From NCBI GenBank assembly GCA_002633005.1, contig NMRA01000050.1, positions 1,049,751-1,113,750 of the forward strand: DNA of 64,000 bases, read 5' to 3'. A program made the translations under genes and the position numbers. Each line of letters starts with the position of its first letter. Position 1 is the stretch's first letter. Under the pieces are notes generated by a model. It was given only the letters and a program-made list of their open reading frames with translations. It had not been told where the DNA came from and did no database searches. This stretch comes from Phoronis australis (Eukaryota > Animalia > Phoronida). Positions 62,290 to 64,000 of the stretch are shown piece after piece.

Positions 62290-64000
62290 TTTTTTTATGT
62301 ATTTATTATCATTTACAAACAATTACAAAAACAAACAAACAAATAAGTACACCATTCATTCACGCATGCACACCTCAGGAAGACCATTCTCATATTTCTT
62401 TTAAAGTAAATATCTTCTACATGTAGTTAACATGAACAATAAAATTTTCCCATTTCGCAGAGAAGCTGTCATATACAAAGTTTTTATATGCACTAAATTT
62501 TTCAACATTATAGTATTCATAAGTTTTTGTAACGAACTTGAGAAAATTAGGTATATTTTTGTGACACATCTCCTTGTAAATGAACTGTTTAGCTAGTAGA
62601 AGCAAAATGTTAAATAGAAAATCATGCGTCTTGTAAAGTCCAAGAATAAAACTATCGTAAGACAGACAGTTGGGAAGCTGAATGCGACACTTTTGAAGTA
62701 GCTTTCCGAATTCCTTCCAGAAATCTTCTACAAAGCTGAATTCCCAAAAAAGGTGTGACAGCGTCTCTGGAGCTTTATTAGAAAAGGAACATAGATCAGA
62801 ATCCCTAACACATATTTTGACTAAAAAGGTATTTGTTGCAATAATCCTGTGTAGTACTCTAAATTGGAACCATCTAATATGGGGATCCTTTGTAATTTTG
62901 TAAGGTAAAGCATATATTTTCTTCCAATCTAAACTATTTCCTAGCTCTATTTCCCATTTACACTCTGACTTAAGTTTGTTAACGTCATTGAAGACTGAAC
63001 AAATATGTCTACAACCCTTCAAATCTTTCCGTAAGTGAGTAATTGCTAAAGGCATGCAAGGAAAGTAGACATTAACATTTTTAAATTTACTTCGGAATAG
63101 ACCTTTTTGAAACCTTCTTAGAACAGAAAGATCACCATTACATTCTACAAAGTTGGTTTTCACATCGAACCTATTTTTCACATTGTTTAGACTAACAAAA
63201 TCACCATCAGAGGTATGCATATCTCTAATAAATCTTAAGCCTTTTACAAACCAATGCTTATAAAAAACACCTGTGCCCCCGATCTCCGAAGTTACTATTG
63301 AACCACAAAGGTTGATTAAAAAAGTCCTCTTTACTCGCAACAATTATTTTCTTGTGGAAAGATAACATACTTCCAAATACGTCGCGCTAGTAGGAATTAC
63401 CAATTAGAGTTAACTTCGACTTAATAAAGTCATCTCCAAATGAAGCAAAATTCTTTAAGAACGGGTAGAGTGAGTACAGTAATTCACCACTTTAAGACGC
63501 AGGGCTTTCAAGATATCTACGGGCCATAGCGAATTTCAAAGCTTTGCTGAAAGTATGCATATTAACCATTTGAATACCCCCTTGATCAAGTCCTAAACAG
63601 GCCGTAGTTCGTTTAATTTTATCATTACGGGCCTTCCATACAAATCTAAAAAATGTCGTATTCAATTCACCCAAGACTCACTGGTGGATTTGGTAAACTT
63701 GACAACAAAAAATTAATTTTAGAAATAGCTAAGGTTTTAATTCCCGTTACTCTACCAAACGGCGATAAATTTCGTCGACTCCAACTTTTTAGTAAAGACT
63801 TGATCTCGGTTATTCTTGCAGTGAAGTTCTTATGCGTCATACTATCCAATTGAGTGTCAAAATCCACCCCCAAAAATCTAAAAGATTTTTTTCCAAGACA
63901 GACTTTCTTTTGTAGGAATCACGTAATCACTAACAGTTTTGCTTCCAAACCATATGGCTTTTGTTTTATCCACATTCACTTGGAGACCGGAGACACTAGT
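62290..64000 (-). mobile_element. 3' part of an L1/Tx1-clade non-LTR retrotransposon (ORF2 C-terminus, frameshifted)
   Basis: WSRRNLSPFGRVTGIKTLAISK, FVWKARNDKIKR...DQGGIQMVN..F.KALK and zf-RVT region FQFRVLHRIIATN...C...PETLSHLFW; AATAAA plus a short A tail at ~62290-62306 on the minus strand. Confidence 0.9.

Overview
AT-rich, intron-rich animal genomic DNA, probably a marine invertebrate such as a mollusc (inferred from composition and repeat families, not proven). Most short ORFs in the track are spurious. Following GT-AG splice sites by hand gave three + strand genes. (1) 2514-7316: a 5-exon, 136-aa secreted precursor with a signal peptide, an RSRR furin site and a cationic, Cys-free, repeat-containing mature part. 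I recognise no homologue. (2) 20307-48859: a 14-exon, 686-aa protein with about 7 ankyrin repeats plus caps (one repeat per exon), fused to a FAM111-like trypsin-fold serine protease with an intact His-Asp-Ser triad. (3) 54214 to beyond 61837: a secreted protein with a PAN/Apple domain followed by at least two CTHRC1-type C-terminal domains and no collagen helix; it runs off the window. Mobile DNA comprises two decayed Academ (AcademX) transposons, an ISL2EU-type element (THAP and YqaJ remnants, AT TSD), a hAT fragment, the 3' end of an L1/Tx1 LINE, MITEs, SINE heads and a candidate solo LTR. Two near-identical duplications abut N gaps and are probably assembly artefacts. All gene models are hand-built and need RNA-seq confirmation.
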